Shown: in pieces, positions 16,970 to 27,384 of the stretch
Position numbering within the stretch: position 1 is the stretch's first letter
Layout of the letters: the number at the start of each line of letters is the position of its first letter
Origin: Candidatus Bathyarchaeia archaeon
Lineage (GTDB): Archaea; Thermoproteota; Bathyarchaeia; Bathyarchaeales; Bathycorpusculaceae
Reading direction: 5' to 3'
Assembly (NCBI GenBank): GCA_038883655.1
Contig: JAVZLQ010000002.1
Coordinates: forward strand, 121,625 to 185,624
Length of the DNA: 64,000 bases
Position numbers and translations under genes: made by a program
Notes under the pieces: generated by a model
What the model saw: only the letters and a program-made list of their open reading frames with translations
Databases searched by the model: none
What the model was told of the DNA's origin: nothing

Positions 16970-18274
16970 TTAAGCCTCAAATTTTTCTATAATCACGGTT
17001 TTTCCTAGAAAACTGTAAATGTTCTTCTCTATTTTCTCCCTACAGTTTTGGATTTTCTCAACCGTTTCTTTTATGGCTCTCTCTAGCGCTTTTTCTTCGG
17101 ATTCTATGGCGTTTCTTTTTCTCTCCATGTTTTCGATGACTGTTTGGAGTTTGGATAGACTGCTTTGGCTTTCCGCAAGTCCAGTGGATGCTGAAATGCT
17201 TCTTTTTCGTGTTAGCGCATTAACGCATTTTTTGTGCGTGTCTGCCAACAAGTTTCTTTTTAGGATATTTTCTATTGCTTGTTCCGCCTTTCTCATTTTA
17301 TCTGTTTTAAGCATTAACTTTCCATCGCGCATCAAAACAGCAAGCTTTTGAAGTATTTGCCTCAAAATTGGATAGCCATCCTCTTCTGTGGCTAACGCCT
17401 CAAATGGATTTTCCAAATACTGCGTTAACTTTTTAAGCGCGTCTTGTGTTAGGCCGCTTCCACCTCCGCGGAGGCTTAGGGCTTGCATTTTTATGAATGG
17501 TTTTTGGAGGTGATGTAGGCTATGCTTTAGTTCGGCGTTTAATGCCTCTATTTCGGCGTTGATTTGGTTTAGTTGGCTTATTTCTCCATAGCTTTTTAGT
17601 TCAGCCATTTTTTGCTGTGCGTTAGCAATTTCCCTAAGAACAGTTGCCTTTTCATTTTCAACCTTTAGCTTTTGTTCCTTAAAGTTTGCAAGTTCGCTTT
17701 CTAGGCTTTGCAGCTTATCAATAAGCTGAAATGTTTCTTCCAAGGTTTTGGTTTTAACATACTCTCTTGCTAAGAAGTTCTGCAACTCTTTTAGCGAGGC
17801 TTTCGCCTTTTCAAAAATCACTAGAAACTTTCTTCTGTCCATTATGAAGAATGGAGAAATTCTCGGAAACCACATGCGGATATCTACTTCAGTAACGGCA
17901 AGCGCTTTCTGCGCATCTTGTATAAACGTGTTTAGGCTGTCATAGGAAACGTGCTCTGGAACTTTAATTTGCTTTATCCTATCGAGAAATATGCGTGAAA
18001 GCTTGCTTAGGGCTCTTGCACGCTTGTAGGTTTTCATGTTCCGCCTTTCAATTTCCCTCTCACTATTGTCCATAAGCACTTTGCTTGCATCAGCCAAATC
18101 ATTCAAGGCCCTACGCATTTCGCCAAGAAACTTTTCAGCACGGGAGTGAACTGGAACAAAAATGGAGCTTGTCTCACCTTCAAGCCAACCTTTAAGAGTT
18201 TTCGAGGAGAGTTTTAGGGTTTCGGACAAGCAATTCCCCATAGAATATACGCTTAAGCCATATTTATTTTTCAA
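16970..18274 (-). CDS. Long coiled-coil hypothetical protein
   Basis: Heptad-rich helical sequence; coupled to the phosphatase gene. Confidence 0.75.
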   Translation of the reverse strand: MKNKYGLSVYSMGNCLSETLKLSSKTLKGWLEGETSSIFVPVHSRAEKFLGEMRRALNDLADASKVLMDNSEREIERRNMKTYKRARALSKLSRIFLDRIKQIKVPEHVSYDSLNTFIQDAQKALAVTEVDIRMWFPRISPFFIMDRRKFLVIFEKAKASLKELQNFLAREYVKTKTLEETFQLIDKLQSLESELANFKEQKLKVENEKATVLREIANAQQKMAELKSYGEISQLNQINAEIEALNAELKHSLHHLQKPFIKMQALSLRGGGSGLTQDALKKLTQYLENPFEALATEEDGYPILRQILQKLAVLMRDGKLMLKTDKMRKAEQAIENILKRNLLADTHKKCVNALTRKRSISASTGLAESQSSLSKLQTVIENMERKRNAIESEEKALERAIKETVEKIQNCREKIEKNIYSFLGKTVIIEKFEA

Positions 18275-18352
18275 TGTGCATCAACTCTTTACTCTTTTTT
18301 AAGTAGCTACTCTTAAATAATAAGCAAATTTAATTCAAACTTCGGGATAAAA

Positions 18353-18949
18353 ATGGACGCAAAGCAAATAGCGTTTATAGCAACAATGAGCGCTTTAGGC
18401 GCTTCCCTTTCAATAATTTCGCTGCATATGGCGCCGATATCAATAGTTGTTCCTGGACAGGGAGGAGTCGCTTTAGACTTGTCGCATCTTGCCACTTTTG
18501 TTGCTGCGGTTTTCGGCGGACCTTATGTAGGCGCAATTGTAGGCTTCTTTAGCGGTGTCTATGCGGGCTATTATTTTGGTTATGTGCTGGGCAACCTTGG
18601 AGTTATTTCGCTTATAGGGGTGCCTTTTGGAAAAGCTTTGACAGGCTTAACAGCGGGCTTCCTTTACAAAAAACTACGAATAAACAATAGCTCACGTCCT
18701 TCAACATTAACCGTTCCAGTATTAATCGTCTCATATGTCCCAGAATGCATCTACACAATTGCCTACTTCCTATATATCGTTCAGATTGTCTATGGAGGGG
18801 GAATGGGTTTTATGATACCTGCAGTTATTCCAAAGGCGTGGATAGAGATAGTCATAATGAGCCTTCTTATGGGAATGCTTGTTGGAAATGTCGGCTTTAA
18901 AGAATTCATTTTCAAGTTCTTTTATGCACCCGAAATGGAAAAATCATAA
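18353..18949 (+). CDS. ECF transporter S-component
   Basis: KQIAFIA.MSAL, LDLSH, GP.VGAIVG; multiple TM helices. Confidence 0.8.
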   Translation: MDAKQIAFIATMSALGASLSIISLHMAPISIVVPGQGGVALDLSHLATFVAAVFGGPYVGAIVGFFSGVYAGYYFGYVLGNLGVISLIGVPFGKALTGLTAGFLYKKLRINNSSRPSTLTVPVLIVSYVPECIYTIAYFLYIVQIVYGGGMGFMIPAVIPKAWIEIVIMSLLMGMLVGNVGFKEFIFKFFYAPEMEKS

Positions 18950-19921
18950 GCCAAACGATTCTTTTAGCGCTTTAATGTTTATTTCTCCATTCTGGAAAGT
19001 GTTCCCAGTTTTTACATTGTTAATTGTTATGACCGCAGGTGCGAAGAGTTCTGGGTCTATTTTGTAAAAGTCATAGTTTGCCGCTTTGAATATTTCTATG
19101 AATGTTTTTCCATAGTCTTTTGAGGCTTTTGACGGAGCCTTTTCCACTATGGCTTCTAGTTCTTCCTCGTTCTCATAATCGACTACGTAGTAGGCTGTTC
19201 CGCCGTAGAGTATGGCGTCGTTTGTTCTCGCCATGGCTTTAACGAATTTTGAGTGTGTTGGCGGTATAGGCGCTGTTCCACAAGCATATAAAACCACGTT
19301 TGGGCTCAATCCAAGTCTGCTTAGCTTGTGCATTCCAGTCTCGACTATCCTTCCAGAGACTTGTGTTGCACCTGCAATGCTCGCTGTTGGCGTTAGGATT
19401 ATTGCGAGGTCTTCTGGTTTGACGTGGCAGTCTCGGACAAAGCGTTCTGTGAGCTTTTCTGGCGGATATTTATCGGTTTCTAAAACGATTACTGCCTTTT
19501 CGTAATCGTCTCTATAGCCGATTTTCTCGTAGATTTCTTTTGGTTTCTGGGCTAGGGCTCTTGCTGGTCCAGAACCAATTGCAAAATAGTCATTTTCTTT
19601 GATTTGCCAGCCAGCAAACTGCGAGCCAAAAGTGGCTATTGCAGGATAATCCGTGTAAACGAATATCGATGGAAGTTCAAGTTCGCCGTATCTCTGTGAA
19701 ATTATATTCGCCTTTGCGAGTCCGCCCATGCAAATTTCTGTTATAATTTTCCCAGCTTTAAATCCGCCTTTGGCTTTTATTCCAGCATCAACAATTGTGG
19801 CACCAGAGGCTAACTTTTCAACGTTTACGCCGTAAAGCTCATGTTCTGCACATAATTTTTCTAAAAGTTTCCACGCTAGCTTGTTCACGCTTATGGTTTT
19901 GCCCAATCTTTCATCTCCCAC
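18944..19921 (-). CDS. mch: Methenyl-H4MPT cyclohydrolase
   Basis: SQFAGW, GSGPARAL, PTAS.AG.TQVSGR, TNDAILYGG, DFYKID..LFAPA. Confidence 0.96.
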   Translation of the reverse strand: MGDERLGKTISVNKLAWKLLEKLCAEHELYGVNVEKLASGATIVDAGIKAKGGFKAGKIITEICMGGLAKANIISQRYGELELPSIFVYTDYPAIATFGSQFAGWQIKENDYFAIGSGPARALAQKPKEIYEKIGYRDDYEKAVIVLETDKYPPEKLTERFVRDCHVKPEDLAIILTPTASIAGATQVSGRIVETGMHKLSRLGLSPNVVLYACGTAPIPPTHSKFVKAMARTNDAILYGGTAYYVVDYENEEELEAIVEKAPSKASKDYGKTFIEIFKAANYDFYKIDPELFAPAVITINNVKTGNTFQNGEINIKALKESFGL

Positions 19922-20733
19922 TAAAGGAATTTTTCGTAAAAGCTCAGATGAGGGTTCTTATCCTTTGAAATGTAAAGTTTGCCATCACCATGCTCGACGA
20001 GGTCGCCAACAAAAAGGTAAAAAGGTCCAATAGCTGTTTCGCCTTCTTCAACCTTAACCTTCTCCTTTACACCTTCAATTGTGAATGATGGCAAAACCGA
20101 CTCGATTCGTCCACCAACAATTATTTTTCCGCCTTTCATGCACGCGCCAGCTCTTGTTCCAGCATCATTTTGAATGTAGATTGTGCCGTCTTTCATGCGG
20201 AGTCCAGCAAACTGTCCAGCACAACCATAAACTTTTATTGTTCCATCTCTCATGTAGGCACCTGCCTCGTTGCCAACATCCCCGTGGACGATTATTTTTC
20301 CGCCTTTCATGCCCTCACTATATCCGCGGTAGGGCGCGCCTAGATAGTTGCCTGCGTTTCCGTGAATTTCTATGATGCCGCCCCTCATCATCGAGCCAGT
20401 CCATCCGCCGACATTTCCATAAACAGTGATTTTTCCGCCTTGCATTTCCTCGCCTAGGTGCATTCCAACGTTTCCATGGATTGTTATTTCTCCATTCTTC
20501 ATTCCTGCGCCTATCTTTCGAACCTTGCTTAGGTTGCCTTGAATTGTTATGTTTCCGTCGTTGTCGCCCGCCACTTCAACTTTGAAGAGTTCGCCGAGTT
20601 TTCGCTGTTTGTTTCCTTCCCACACCTTTAGAGTTTCTATTTCGTCAAGCGTTTTGCCTAGAATTACGTCGGGGTTTATGCATTCCGCAAAAATCGGAAA
20701 GCGGAACTCCTTGGATGGATAAAGCTTTATCAT
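19921..20733 (-). CDS. fwdC: Formylmethanofuran dehydrogenase subunit C
   Basis: GXGXG beta-helix repeats (G..M.GG.I.V.G). Confidence 0.95.
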   Translation of the reverse strand: MIKLYPSKEFRFPIFAECINPDVILGKTLDEIETLKVWEGNKQRKLGELFKVEVAGDNDGNITIQGNLSKVRKIGAGMKNGEITIHGNVGMHLGEEMQGGKITVYGNVGGWTGSMMRGGIIEIHGNAGNYLGAPYRGYSEGMKGGKIIVHGDVGNEAGAYMRDGTIKVYGCAGQFAGLRMKDGTIYIQNDAGTRAGACMKGGKIIVGGRIESVLPSFTIEGVKEKVKVEEGETAIGPFYLFVGDLVEHGDGKLYISKDKNPHLSFYEKFL

Positions 20734-22424
20734 TAAACGTTTGCCCTCACATCGATTGGGTTCGAAATTGCAAGATAATCTTCACTAACGGGGTAATTTT
20801 CATACTCAACGGTCCAGTATTCCTTGAACCGCCTCTTCATATCCTCGGAAATTTCAACTTGCTCGGAAACTTGCACGTCTAACCACATTGTGGCGCCGTC
20901 CATGTGCCTCACTATTTCGCCATTTTTCGCAACAATTTTTCCGTTCTTAATTGTGTATGCGGCTTTTTTGAAGGCTTTTCTTACACGTTTGTACTTGCGT
21001 GAAGGGTCTGTTTCTTCTGGATTTACGTTGTATATGGCTATGTCGGCGTCTGCTCCGACGCCCAAATGCCCCTTATTTTTTAGTCCAAGCGCCTTTGCTT
21101 GTCCAGCCCTTGTCATTATTGCAATTTCGTAAAAGCCCAATTCTCTATCTATTGATGGGAGTAGGCTTCTGCTCCGCGCTCTTGGGTTGATTCGCTTTAA
21201 TGTTGCGTTTCTCGCTTTTCGGCTCATGAGCCAAGCAATTATTTTTGGATAAGCAGTGAACGGGCCGCCGTTTGGGTGGTCCGTCGTCAAAAATATTTTC
21301 CATGGATCTTTAATTAGTAGGGCTAGTTCCAAACCTATCGACCATTGGATTGCGTGGACATAACTTTTTCTACGGTAGCGGAAAGGCACAATGCCAGCGC
21401 TCGTCTCTGTTTCCACATCGTGGTTAACCCACTTATTGCCGCTTAACTCGTAAAGCGTGTACTGGAACGGTCCGTCAGCAGTCATTGTGGTTGTATCTGT
21501 GAAGATGACTTGTCCCATGTCCATGGTCACATGCGAGTGGGCATTAACATAGTTTGCAATTTCCTCGGCTCCAGACTCAAGCGTAGCCCAGCTGTCCCCT
21601 TTAAAGGCGCTAAATTGGCAATGCGTTATATGGATCGCCGGTTTGCCGTTATCTGCTAAATCTTCAACGCACCGCATTGTTTCAATTGCCGTTTGATAGT
21701 TTCCTGGTTTTCCAAGGTTGTTTGTGTGAACGTGGATTGTGTGTGGCAAGTTCAAGAGCCTATTTACCTTGCATAGTCCGCGTATTATCTCGCGTGGGGT
21801 GATACGGAAAAACGGAACTTGGTCGTCTAGGCTTTTCACGTTTTGTCCAAAACCCCAAGCTTCAAGTCCGCCTGGGTTAACGATTTTTATTGCGTAACCC
21901 TTTGTTGAGCTTATCATCCAAGCCACATATCTTGCGCACTCTTCGATTTTTTTATCTTTCAAGTATTCTAGGACAAACCACCAGTCACCTAAGAGCGGAT
22001 AACTAGCCTTGTCCACAACTGGAGTGTCGCTTAACTCCTCATGCGTGTGTTTTGCCTCCAAAGGAGGCATTGAAGGATTCATTATTGTAGTGTAGCCCAT
22101 CCGCGCATAACGATAACCAGTTGTAAACGTGGAGGGAATCGAATAGCCAACCCCAGAACGGGTTATAGGAGTCTTAGGCTCAAAATCCTTAAAGTGGTCC
22201 TCTGGACGCAAAAGCCTTCCAGTATTTACTTCTGAACCAGCAATGTGGCAATGTATATCCACTCCGCCTGGCATGACAATCATTCCAGAAGCATCGATTT
22301 TTCTTGCCCTACGTTCATTCACCTTCTCAACAATTTTTCCATCCTTAATTGCGATGTCCATCTTTTCGCCTTTAACGCCGTTGATAGGGTCGTAAACGAA
22401 CCCATTTCTTACCAAAAGCTCCAA
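20733..22424 (-). CDS. fwdA: Formylmethanofuran dehydrogenase subunit A
   Basis: DIHCH, KIVNPGG, TTTMTADGP, TTDHPNGGPF. Confidence 0.97.
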   Translation of the reverse strand: MELLVRNGFVYDPINGVKGEKMDIAIKDGKIVEKVNERRARKIDASGMIVMPGGVDIHCHIAGSEVNTGRLLRPEDHFKDFEPKTPITRSGVGYSIPSTFTTGYRYARMGYTTIMNPSMPPLEAKHTHEELSDTPVVDKASYPLLGDWWFVLEYLKDKKIEECARYVAWMISSTKGYAIKIVNPGGLEAWGFGQNVKSLDDQVPFFRITPREIIRGLCKVNRLLNLPHTIHVHTNNLGKPGNYQTAIETMRCVEDLADNGKPAIHITHCQFSAFKGDSWATLESGAEEIANYVNAHSHVTMDMGQVIFTDTTTMTADGPFQYTLYELSGNKWVNHDVETETSAGIVPFRYRRKSYVHAIQWSIGLELALLIKDPWKIFLTTDHPNGGPFTAYPKIIAWLMSRKARNATLKRINPRARSRSLLPSIDRELGFYEIAIMTRAGQAKALGLKNKGHLGVGADADIAIYNVNPEETDPSRKYKRVRKAFKKAAYTIKNGKIVAKNGEIVRHMDGATMWLDVQVSEQVEISEDMKRRFKEYWTVEYENYPVSEDYLAISNPIDVRANV

Positions 22425-22427
22425 CCT

Positions 22428-23897
22428 TTAAGCCTCCTCCGCTTTTCCTTCACGCCTTCTTATTTTCCTAACCTCCGCTAGAATTCTTCGCAAAATCTCC
22501 TCATCTGGAAGCACGCCTCTAGGCGGGTCCACAACCTTTTTCAGTGGAAGTGGGACGTGGTCCATGCGGTACGCTGTTCCGCTGGCTTCTATGCCGACGA
22601 AGGCTGACGGGATAACGACATCAGCTACCTGTGCTGTTGCATTCATGTGCGGATCAATCACGACGAGGGGGTTCTTAGTTAAATGTTCAACCGCCTTTCT
22701 TGGAAAGTTTGCAGCAGGGTCCGATGCAACAACAAGTGCGGCGTCTGAATCTCCACGTAGGAGAACGTCGACAGCGGATGTTTCGCCTGGATTGTATCTT
22801 GGATAACCAAGCGAAAAGTCCACGGCGTACGGATAGCCAGTCTGCCACGTGAAAACCGTGTTCGCGCCCGTAACGTTGAAGTGTCCACGCATTGGCATTA
22901 TCACAAATTTTGTTCGCATGTTTAAGTCGCGAGTCAACGAAAGTGCAGCGTCAATGTTTCTAAGCTTTCCACTGCTCATTGTGAGCCCAAGACCAAAGAA
23001 GAGTATTCCAAAGTTGCAGTTAACCATGACGTCGGCGACTTCCTCCAAGTACTCAACAGGGACTCCGGCGACGCTGTCAACGTCCAATTCTTGGTCGCGG
23101 ACAAGAGCCCTAAAAGCTTGGAGAAGCTCGTAATCCTTGTTAGGCTCCACTTGGATGAAGTAGTCAGCCATCTCCGCTGACTTTGTTCGTCTAACGTCTA
23201 TTACTATTAATTTTCTTCCCTCTTTCCAGAGTGTTGGCGGAGGCTCCATCGCGACTTTAGGCGTTGAAACAAGTTTTTGTTTTAGGAAGAGCCTGCGAAC
23301 AGCGCTTTCAAGTTTCTTCCTAACGTTCAAAGCTTTAATTTTGGTTAGGTAGCCCTTCCACGCGCTTTTCTCAAATCTTCCATGCGCAAAAGCTGTGTAC
23401 CGCTCTATGTGTCTTGGATGCGCACTCCAAGGGTTACTTCCCCAATAAACAATTAGGTCGGCTCTATGCCTAATCTGTCCCAAAGTGCATGATGGGATGC
23501 CAATCTCCTGTATGCTCAATATTGATGGTCCATGGCATATTACCGCCGTGTTGTCGATTACTCCTCCAACCTCTTCTGCGAGTTCAATTCCGACGCGTAT
23601 GGCTTCGCAGCTTGTTGAGCTCCAACCATAAAGTAGTGGATAATTGGCTTCGGCAAGTATCTCTGCAGCTCTTTTTATGGCTTCTTTTAGCGTTGTTTTC
23701 ACGAGTTCGCCGTTCTTTCTTATGAGCGGCTTCAGAACCCTATGTTCACTATTGTAGTGTAGGAATTTTGCTTCACACATTGCACAGCCATTCTTAACCT
23801 TAACAACCCTTCCATCCTTAACTGTTAGCTCTATGTCGTCGCATAAGCTTCCACAAACTGGGCAAGTAACAGCCTTAACAGCAGACACGCTTAACAC
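22428..23897 (-). CDS. fwdB: Formylmethanofuran dehydrogenase subunit B
   Basis: CPVCGSLCDD, CHGPS, HPRH, PMRGHFNV, GTAYRMD. Confidence 0.96.
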   Translation of the reverse strand: MLSVSAVKAVTCPVCGSLCDDIELTVKDGRVVKVKNGCAMCEAKFLHYNSEHRVLKPLIRKNGELVKTTLKEAIKRAAEILAEANYPLLYGWSSTSCEAIRVGIELAEEVGGVIDNTAVICHGPSILSIQEIGIPSCTLGQIRHRADLIVYWGSNPWSAHPRHIERYTAFAHGRFEKSAWKGYLTKIKALNVRKKLESAVRRLFLKQKLVSTPKVAMEPPPTLWKEGRKLIVIDVRRTKSAEMADYFIQVEPNKDYELLQAFRALVRDQELDVDSVAGVPVEYLEEVADVMVNCNFGILFFGLGLTMSSGKLRNIDAALSLTRDLNMRTKFVIMPMRGHFNVTGANTVFTWQTGYPYAVDFSLGYPRYNPGETSAVDVLLRGDSDAALVVASDPAANFPRKAVEHLTKNPLVVIDPHMNATAQVADVVIPSAFVGIEASGTAYRMDHVPLPLKKVVDPPRGVLPDEEILRRILAEVRKIRRREGKAEEA

Positions 23898-24298
23898 TTC
23901 CCAAAACTCTGTTTTAAAAGCTCTTGGAGACTCATAATGGGCTTATCTGGTGCTGGCTCGACGTAGGCTTGGATTCCCTTCAAAGAGGGCATGCCAATCC
24001 CGTTCGTTTCGGGGTTTACAACGACGTTTGCCCATGGACCGTAAGGAACAAAAATTACACTTGGATGTGGAGCCCTTTTAGATTTTAGGGCTGTAACTAC
24101 TACTGTGCCATAATCTGTTGAAACTTGAACGTTGGTTCCCTCTTTTATCCCAAGCCTTTTCAAGTCTTCTGGATCCATGTAGCAAACAGAAACGCTTTCA
24201 ACATACTCTTTAGAGGATTTCCCACACTCCTTTCCAACGCCCTGCTCAATTGTTCTTCCAGTAAGCAATGTCACCCTAAGCCTTTGTTTTTCTCCCAT
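23891..24298 (-). CDS. fwdD: Formylmethanofuran dehydrogenase subunit D
   Basis: TGRTIEQG, FVPYGPWAN, GMPSLKG. Confidence 0.95.
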   Translation of the reverse strand: MGEKQRLRVTLLTGRTIEQGVGKECGKSSKEYVESVSVCYMDPEDLKRLGIKEGTNVQVSTDYGTVVVTALKSKRAPHPSVIFVPYGPWANVVVNPETNGIGMPSLKGIQAYVEPAPDKPIMSLQELLKQSFGKC

Positions 24299-24488
24299 TC
24301 ACCAACCTCATTAAACCAGAACTCTTTGGAAACTAAAAATGTACAATTTTATTTAATTAACTTTTATGCCAACATCAATTCAAGACAAGAAAAACAATAA
24401 TGGTTTGAAGAGCCGCGAATTAACTAATTTGCATTGCGAAATCCTTTTAAACAGATGCTGTGTAATTTTGTAGCGTCTGGTGTAAAAA

Positions 24489-25352
24489 ATGACACAAGAT
24501 AAAAGGCCCTACAAGCCTAAACTATCCACACTGGAAATTGCCCTAATAGTCGTCTTCGCCGCCTTAATCGCCATAATAACGAGACTTCCTGGAATCCCAA
24601 TCTCGCTTGGCATCAGAACCGGATCAATTGAATTTTCGGTCCCGTTGTATCCTTTGGCGGGAATTCTTCTCGGTCCATGGGTCGGCGCTTTAGCTGTTTT
24701 AATCGGGAACTTTATTGCGTGGATAATTCCAACTTCAAGTGTTATGGGGTTGTTGCTTATACCTGCTGGAGCCTTAGCTGCTTTGTGTGCTGGTTTTCTT
24801 GTGCGACGGAGCAGATGGGCAAATTGGAAAAGCTCCGCCGTTTTGCTTGCGGTTTTAATTGCACTTTGGTATGCTACGCCCATCGGGTTTGAAGCGCCCT
24901 TTTATCCCTTCTTCCTACACATACCCGCCTTAATACTAATCTTAATTTTCAGAGGCAAAATTTTCGATTTTATAAATAGTGCTTCAAGAAGGCTTGTAAC
25001 TTTGGGTGTTGGCATTGCCAGCTTTGTGGGCGTAATGGCAGACCACATGTGCGGTGGCATAATCTATATAACGGCTTTACAGTTCGTTGTCGATTTGAAG
25101 GCCTTTAGAGACTTTTTGAGAGGTGTGGGTATGCAAATAACTTTGGGTTTTTCAGCAAGCAAACCAATGGATCCATGGGTTTACGAAATGATTCCAAATC
25201 CCACGCTTGGCGACTGGTTTATGCTTTCAATTCCAATAGCCGCAATTGAACGTGTAGTATTCACGATAATTGCTACAGTTGTTGGCGTCGGCGTCATAAT
25301 GGCAATTGGAAAAATGCTTTTTAGATGGTCAAAGGTTCAAAAAGTGAATTAG
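24489..25352 (+). CDS. ECF S-component-like membrane protein
   Basis: PLAGILLGPWVG, ADH, ER motifs; multiple TM helices. Confidence 0.7.
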   Translation: MTQDKRPYKPKLSTLEIALIVVFAALIAIITRLPGIPISLGIRTGSIEFSVPLYPLAGILLGPWVGALAVLIGNFIAWIIPTSSVMGLLLIPAGALAALCAGFLVRRSRWANWKSSAVLLAVLIALWYATPIGFEAPFYPFFLHIPALILILIFRGKIFDFINSASRRLVTLGVGIASFVGVMADHMCGGIIYITALQFVVDLKAFRDFLRGVGMQITLGFSASKPMDPWVYEMIPNPTLGDWFMLSIPIAAIERVVFTIIATVVGVGVIMAIGKMLFRWSKVQKVN

Positions 25353-25358
25353 CAAATT

Positions 25359-25700
25359 TCAGTTCTTTTTTAGTAGGTGTGGTGGTGGAATTTTTACGTT
25401 GTTTTTGTTGTTTTCGTTTTCTCCTGCCTTGAGAAGCTGCGTTATTTCGCGGTAGCGCTGAAGAAAGTTTAACCCCTTCTCAGTCGCTTTGTACTTTTCC
25501 TTGTCGTCCTCCACTATCTTGTCTAACAATTTTATTTTTAACATGAGCTTGAGGTAGTCGTTCAATTGCGTGAAGCTTAGGTTTGCTCTATACATTATCT
25601 GCGTCTTTAGTGTTCCATCCTTTGCTATTTCCAAAATTTCAGCTATTATGTAGAGCTTATCTCGCCGTTTCAGGTTTACGCCGGGGCTCCATGAATTCAC
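25359..25700 (-). CDS. Winged-helix transcriptional regulator
   Basis: RRDKL.IIAEIL..KTQIMYRANLS...TEKG. Confidence 0.88.
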   Translation of the reverse strand: MNSWSPGVNLKRRDKLYIIAEILEIAKDGTLKTQIMYRANLSFTQLNDYLKLMLKIKLLDKIVEDDKEKYKATEKGLNFLQRYREITQLLKAGENENNKNNVKIPPPHLLKKN

Positions 25701-25875
25701 TTCTATATTCCTCTTTTAGAACATTTTTCTATAACTTAAAATCGCATAGCACATTTTAAGTGGTGCTTCGCTTGGAAAATTATTACAATAAGCGAAATAT
25801 TCTCTAGAACAAAATTCTATAAGCGAAAATGGAAATCCTTTATCTTGTGTCGTGTAGAAATCTGAAAAGTGGTGC

Positions 25876-26379
25876 ATGAAAATGTTGGTGGGCTTAATAG
25901 CCGACACGCATGATAGGCTCCCAATTATTGAAAGTGCCGTGAAAAGATTTAACGCTGAAAAAGTTGAGCTTGTACTCCATGCTGGAGATTACGTGGCGCC
26001 ATTTGTCATCCCAAAATTTAAGGATTTAAACGCGAAGCTAATAGGAGTTTTCGGCAACAATGACGGCGACCATGAACTTCTACGGAAGCGGTTCAGCGAG
26101 TACAACAACATGGAAATCCGAGGAGCTTTCGCAATAATCGCTGTTGATGGCTTGAAAATTGCGTTGATACATGGCACTGAAGATGAACTTTTGAAGGCTT
26201 TAATCAATAGTGAAAGCCTCGACGTCGTGGTTCACGGGCATACGCACAAGGCTGAAGCGTATAGGAAGGGGAAGACGCTTGTTATTAATCCAGGTGAGGC
26301 ATGCGGATATTTAACGGGCAAATCAACAATAGCGCTGCTTGAAACTGTCAAGCGGGAAGCAAAAATCATTGAGCTTTAA
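25876..26379 (+). CDS. Metallophosphoesterase, MJ0936/YfcE family
   Basis: DTH, HAGD, GNND, HG, GHTH, NPG. Confidence 0.92.
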   Translation: MKMLVGLIADTHDRLPIIESAVKRFNAEKVELVLHAGDYVAPFVIPKFKDLNAKLIGVFGNNDGDHELLRKRFSEYNNMEIRGAFAIIAVDGLKIALIHGTEDELLKALINSESLDVVVHGHTHKAEAYRKGKTLVINPGEACGYLTGKSTIALLETVKREAKIIEL

Positions 26380-27298
26380 CTTGGTTGTATGGCTGCCTCA
26401 ACTGGTTTGCATGTTTAAAGATTTCCGTTAACTCGTCATCTGTTGCGCCGTTCCGCATGGGCGTCAAAATGTCAACCAAATTATCATTCCGCATTAAACA
26501 TGGCTTAAGCTTTCCATCACTTGTCAAGCGAAGGCGTGTACAGTTCGCGCAGAAACTCGTGTTTTCGATTGGATGCACTATTTCTACAGTTACGTCTGGC
26601 AAGTAGTATACGCGACGATTTTGCATGTACCGTCTAGTTTCAATTTTAACGGCTTTTTCCCTTAACATCTCTTCATATTTATCCAAGGGTTTATGGTGCA
26701 TCTTATAGTATGCCATATCCACGTTTAGTGGTTCAAGCTCAATCAACTGCAAAACCGCGCCAACTTTACCCGCAAAATCCATCATCTTAAGCACATCGCC
26801 TTCGTTGATACCCCTTAAAACAAGCATGTTAATTTTAACTGGGGCAAAACCAGCTTCAACGGCAGCCCTAACACCGTCTAAGGCGTCTTCCAGCTTTCCT
26901 CCAGTTAAAACGCTGTAAACCTTTTCATTTAACGTTGGGAGGCTTATGTTTACACGCTTTAAGCCATTTTCATGTAGCTTTTTGGCTAAACCGGCAAGCC
27001 TAATTCCATTAGTTGTCATAGAAAGCTCAGTTAAGCCCGGCGTCGCAGCAATTTTTTGAACTATTCCCGTTATGTCTCTGCGCATTAGGGGTTCTCCGCC
27101 AGTGATTTTTATCCTTGAAACGCCCAGCTTGACGGCGATTCTTACAATGCGCGCGATTTCTTCTGCGCTCATTCCTTTATTGCTATTTATAGTTGTTTCG
27201 CCTTCCATGTGGCAATATGGACAGCGCAAGTTGCATGTTCGTGTTACTGCTATGCGCAGGTTTAGGAGCGGCCGACCACAGCTGTCGTATAAAACCAT
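26366..27298 (-). CDS. moaA: GTP 3',8-cyclase
   Basis: CNLRCPYC, TGGEP, C..C.RLRLTSDG.LKPCL. Confidence 0.96.
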   Translation of the reverse strand: MVLYDSCGRPLLNLRIAVTRTCNLRCPYCHMEGETTINSNKGMSAEEIARIVRIAVKLGVSRIKITGGEPLMRRDITGIVQKIAATPGLTELSMTTNGIRLAGLAKKLHENGLKRVNISLPTLNEKVYSVLTGGKLEDALDGVRAAVEAGFAPVKINMLVLRGINEGDVLKMMDFAGKVGAVLQLIELEPLNVDMAYYKMHHKPLDKYEEMLREKAVKIETRRYMQNRRVYYLPDVTVEIVHPIENTSFCANCTRLRLTSDGKLKPCLMRNDNLVDILTPMRNGATDDELTEIFKHANQLRQPYNQVKAQ

Positions 27299-27356
27299 CG
27301 TTATTCCTGCATGTGCTTATCGGTATTCATAAAATTCCATCACATTAGATATAAGA

Positions 27357-27384
27357 CTTACCTTTAGCTGCGACAAAAATAAAT
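27357..27384 (+). repeat. Weak copy of the 11-6-11 site (site E)
   Basis: cttacctttag-ctgcga-caaaaataaat; spacer 5/6 identical to those of A and B. Confidence 0.25.
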
